DNA of 64,000 nucleotides. Source: Candidatus Kaiserbacteria bacterium. Its GTDB lineage: Bacteria > Patescibacteriota > Minisyncoccia > Phycocordibacterales > JABMNX01. The first letter of the stretch is position 1. Each line of letters begins with the position of its first letter. The DNA lies in the NCBI GenBank assembly GCA_016186705.1, contig JACPLB010000003.1, forward strand, positions 18,508 through 82,507, written 5' to 3'. The notes under the pieces are model-generated. The model made no database searches and was not told where the DNA came from. It saw only the letters and a list, made by a program, of their open reading frames with translations. Shown here in pieces: positions 62,113-64,000 of this stretch. Both the position numbers and the translations under genes were made by a program.

Positions 62113-62955
62113 ATGAAAGCATATAAGCCAACAACACCGGGCCGGCGCGGCATGACACAGGTAAGTCTCGTAAAGCTCACTGTCTCACGGCCGTTTAAGA
62201 AGCTGACGTCTGGAGGAAAGCGTGCGGTCGGAAGGAACAACGCTGGCAGAATTACCACGAGGCATAAAGGGGGCGGGCATAAGCGGCGATATCGCGACAT
62301 TGATTTTCTCTACGACAAGAAAGATATTCCGGCGCGGGTAGAGACCGTTGAATACGACCCGAATCGGTCCGGATTCATATCGCTTGTTCTCTATGCTGAC
62401 GGAGAGCGTCGGTATGCTCTGCTTCCGCGGTCAGTAAAGCCGGGAGACACGATGATTGTCTCTGACAATGCTCCGCTTGAACCGGGTAATCGTCTCCGCA
62501 TCAAGAATGTCCCCGTCGGCACGTTTGTCTATAACATAGAAATTAAACCGGATGGCGGGGCAAAGCTCGTGCGCTCCGCGGGGAATTACGCCGAAGTCAT
62601 CGGAAACGACGCTGGGTACACATTGCTCAAAATGCCTTCAAGCGAAATCAGAAAAGTACTCGAGCAGTCATGGGCGTCAATAGGCGAAGTGTCAAACGAG
62701 GAGCATAAACTTACAAATATCGGAAAAGCAGGACGCGCTCGCTGGCTCGGTCGGCGGCCGACGGTTCGAGGTTCCGCAATGAACCCGGTTGACCATCCGC
62801 ATGGAGGCGGCGAAGGCAGGAGCGGCCGCGGACATCGGCGTGCTCGCAGCAAGTGGGGGAAGCCGACCGGCAAAGGTCAAAAAACAAGAAGGCCGAAAAA
62901 ATATTCAAACACGCTCATCGTGACTCGGCGGAAAGTCGGCAAAAAACGCGAGTAG
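62113..62955 (+). CDS. rplB: 50S ribosomal protein L2
   Basis: The start is MKAYKPTTPGRRGM and the motif ...MNPVDHPHGGGEGRS follows. Confidence 0.95.
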   Translation: MKAYKPTTPGRRGMTQVSLVKLTVSRPFKKLTSGGKRAVGRNNAGRITTRHKGGGHKRRYRDIDFLYDKKDIPARVETVEYDPNRSGFISLVLYADGERRYALLPRSVKPGDTMIVSDNAPLEPGNRLRIKNVPVGTFVYNIEIKPDGGAKLVRSAGNYAEVIGNDAGYTLLKMPSSEIRKVLEQSWASIGEVSNEEHKLTNIGKAGRARWLGRRPTVRGSAMNPVDHPHGGGEGRSGRGHRRARSKWGKPTGKGQKTRRPKKYSNTLIVTRRKVGKKRE

Positions 62956-62989
62956 CGCGTTTCACCGCAAGCTCGCCGTTAAAGTTTGT

Positions 62990-63047
62990 TTGACAATGAC
63001 TCTTATGTTGGCTACCATGAAGGCCAAGCTCGGAACGAGCTTATTTT
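62990..63047 (+). promoter_or_regulatory. promoter-like element (TTGACA, 17 nt, TACCAT) directly followed by a hairpin and T-tract, in the 150-nt rplB-rpsS gap
   Basis: The -35 TTGACA lies at 62990-62995 and the -10 TACCAT at 63013-63018. The hairpin aagctcg-gaa-cgagctt at 63026-63042 is followed by attttaa. Confidence 0.4.
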
Positions 63048-63103
63048 AATGAGGTACAGAGCTCGCCTCAAGCGGGCAACAATCCTCCAATCAATCTCTC
63101 ACA

Positions 63104-63445
63104 ATGGCGCGATCCGTTAAAAAAGGTCCATACGTTGACCCTCGGCTTCAAGAGAAAATCGAGGGACAAAAACCCGGGAAAAGCGGGGTCATTAAGACGT
63201 GGGCGCGGCGCAGTCAGATATCGCCGGAGATGGTCGGCTTCACGTTCGGGGTGCACAACGGCAAAGAACACATTGATGTGTTTATAACGGACGAAATGGT
63301 CGGACATCGGCTTGGTGAATTCTCTCCGACAAAAAAATTCCATCGGCACGGCGGTCGCATGCAGAAAGAGTTGGAACAGCAGAAAAAGGAAGCGGAGGTT
63401 GCAGCCGCGAAAGCCGCGAAGGAATCAACGGCTGACGCGAAATAA
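63104..63445 (+). CDS. rpsS: 30S ribosomal protein S19 with a C-terminal charged extension
   Basis: The S19 core is [15 protein letters not shown]...[28 protein letters not shown]. Confidence 0.9.
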   Translation: MARSVKKGPYVDPRLQEKIEGQKPGKSGVIKTWARRSQISPEMVGFTFGVHNGKEHIDVFITDEMVGHRLGEFSPTKKFHRHGGRMQKELEQQKKEAEVAAAKAAKESTADAK

Positions 63446-63450
63446 TATCT

Positions 63451-63849
63451 ATGAAAGCGTTACTTAAAAACTACCGGCAATCTCCGCGCAAAGTCCGTCT
63501 CATTGCAAACGTCATCCGCGGGAAAAGCATTCCAAAGGCGCTCACGTCGCTCTCGTTTCTTGAGAAAAAAGCGGCCGCTCCGATACGAAAACTTATTGAA
63601 TCCGCTCTCTCAAATGCCAAGCGGGAAGGACTGAAGAAAGATGAACTGAAAATCTCAGACATTCAAGTAAACCAGGGATTTTCATTTATGAGATATCGTC
63701 CACGCGCGAGAGGCCAGGCGTCGCCGATTCGAAAAAGAACAAGCCACATTTCGCTTACCTTAGGAAAAGCGACAGCGCCACGGATTTTGAAAACGAAACG
63801 AGGAAGAAAAGCGAAACGCACAAAAGAGACAACAATAACTCACGCCTAA
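63451..63849 (+). CDS. rplV: 50S ribosomal protein L22 with a C-terminal basic extension
   Basis: The L22 core is KALLKNYRQSPRKVRLIANVIRGKSIPKAL. Confidence 0.9.
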   Translation: MKALLKNYRQSPRKVRLIANVIRGKSIPKALTSLSFLEKKAAAPIRKLIESALSNAKREGLKKDELKISDIQVNQGFSFMRYRPRARGQASPIRKRTSHISLTLGKATAPRILKTKRGRKAKRTKETTITHA

Positions 63850-63875
63850 TCTTCATTCATTTTATTTATACGACC

Positions 63876-64000
63876 ATGACACACACAGTACATCCATATG
63901 CACACCGGCTCGGTATTCTTCGCGACTGGAAGTCACGCTGGTTCTCCACGAACCCGCGCACGTACCGGGAGGGAATTAAAATCGATACGAGCATTCGCGA
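63876..64000 (+). CDS. rpsC: 30S ribosomal protein S3, N-terminal fragment (continues past the window end)
   Basis: The N-terminus MTHTVHPYAHRLGILRDWKSRWFSTNP matches the conserved S3 start (GQKVHPxGxRLGI..W.S.WF). Confidence 0.8.
   Translation, partial: MTHTVHPYAHRLGILRDWKSRWFSTNPRTYREGIKIDTSIR

Overview
This is about 64 kb of bacterial chromosome with roughly 50% GC. Gene content points to a reduced-genome, Patescibacteria/CPR-like organism, though this lineage call is an inference from the annotations below. Supporting features are K-rich N-terminal extensions on ribosomal proteins S10, L4 and L23 and C-terminal extensions on S19 and L22, a type IV pilus/competence locus placed next to glycolytic genes, and a small, compact gene repertoire. 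Clear housekeeping blocks on the minus strand are rpsO-NYN-pnp, tig-clpP, rny, hup, ppa and nusA. On the plus strand there is a pilus/DNA-uptake block (pilB, pilC, three pseudopilin-like genes, then tpiA and pgk), then HIT (minus strand), recJ, rnhA and comEC, and a str/S10 ribosomal block at the 3' end. I found five tRNAs (two Arg, two Gly, one Pro) and no rRNA or CRISPR. Accessory content stands out in four places. First, a copper-resistance operon (csoR, DUF1573, a CcdA-like membrane protein, a CopB-type P1B ATPase) has a textbook CsoR operator overlapping its promoter. Second, an AT-rich island carries a GmrSD-like (DUF262 plus HNH/DUF1524) type IV restriction candidate and holin-like small membrane proteins. 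That island and the copper operon lie between the two halves of a split comEC: the membrane channel part at 41511-43004 and a separate MBL-domain gene at 50887-51744. Third, a codon-usage-atypical two-gene module sits next to xerC with repeated flanking motifs. Fourth, three extra ORFs and several intrinsic terminators are inserted inside the normally contiguous rpsL-rpsG-fusA-tuf-rpsJ-rplC...rpsS block. Several short repeat families recur across the window. These are a 16-bp CACGTG-centred palindrome present four times in and around yraN, an AAAGGACAT motif, tandem RRAAGCT heptamers at five intergenic loci, and two families of long perfect hairpins present in two copies each. A run of five consecutive stable stem-loops lies between tRNA-Pro and mscS. 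All coordinates come from reading the sequence and the ORF track. No database search was possible, so functional calls rest on recognisable motifs.
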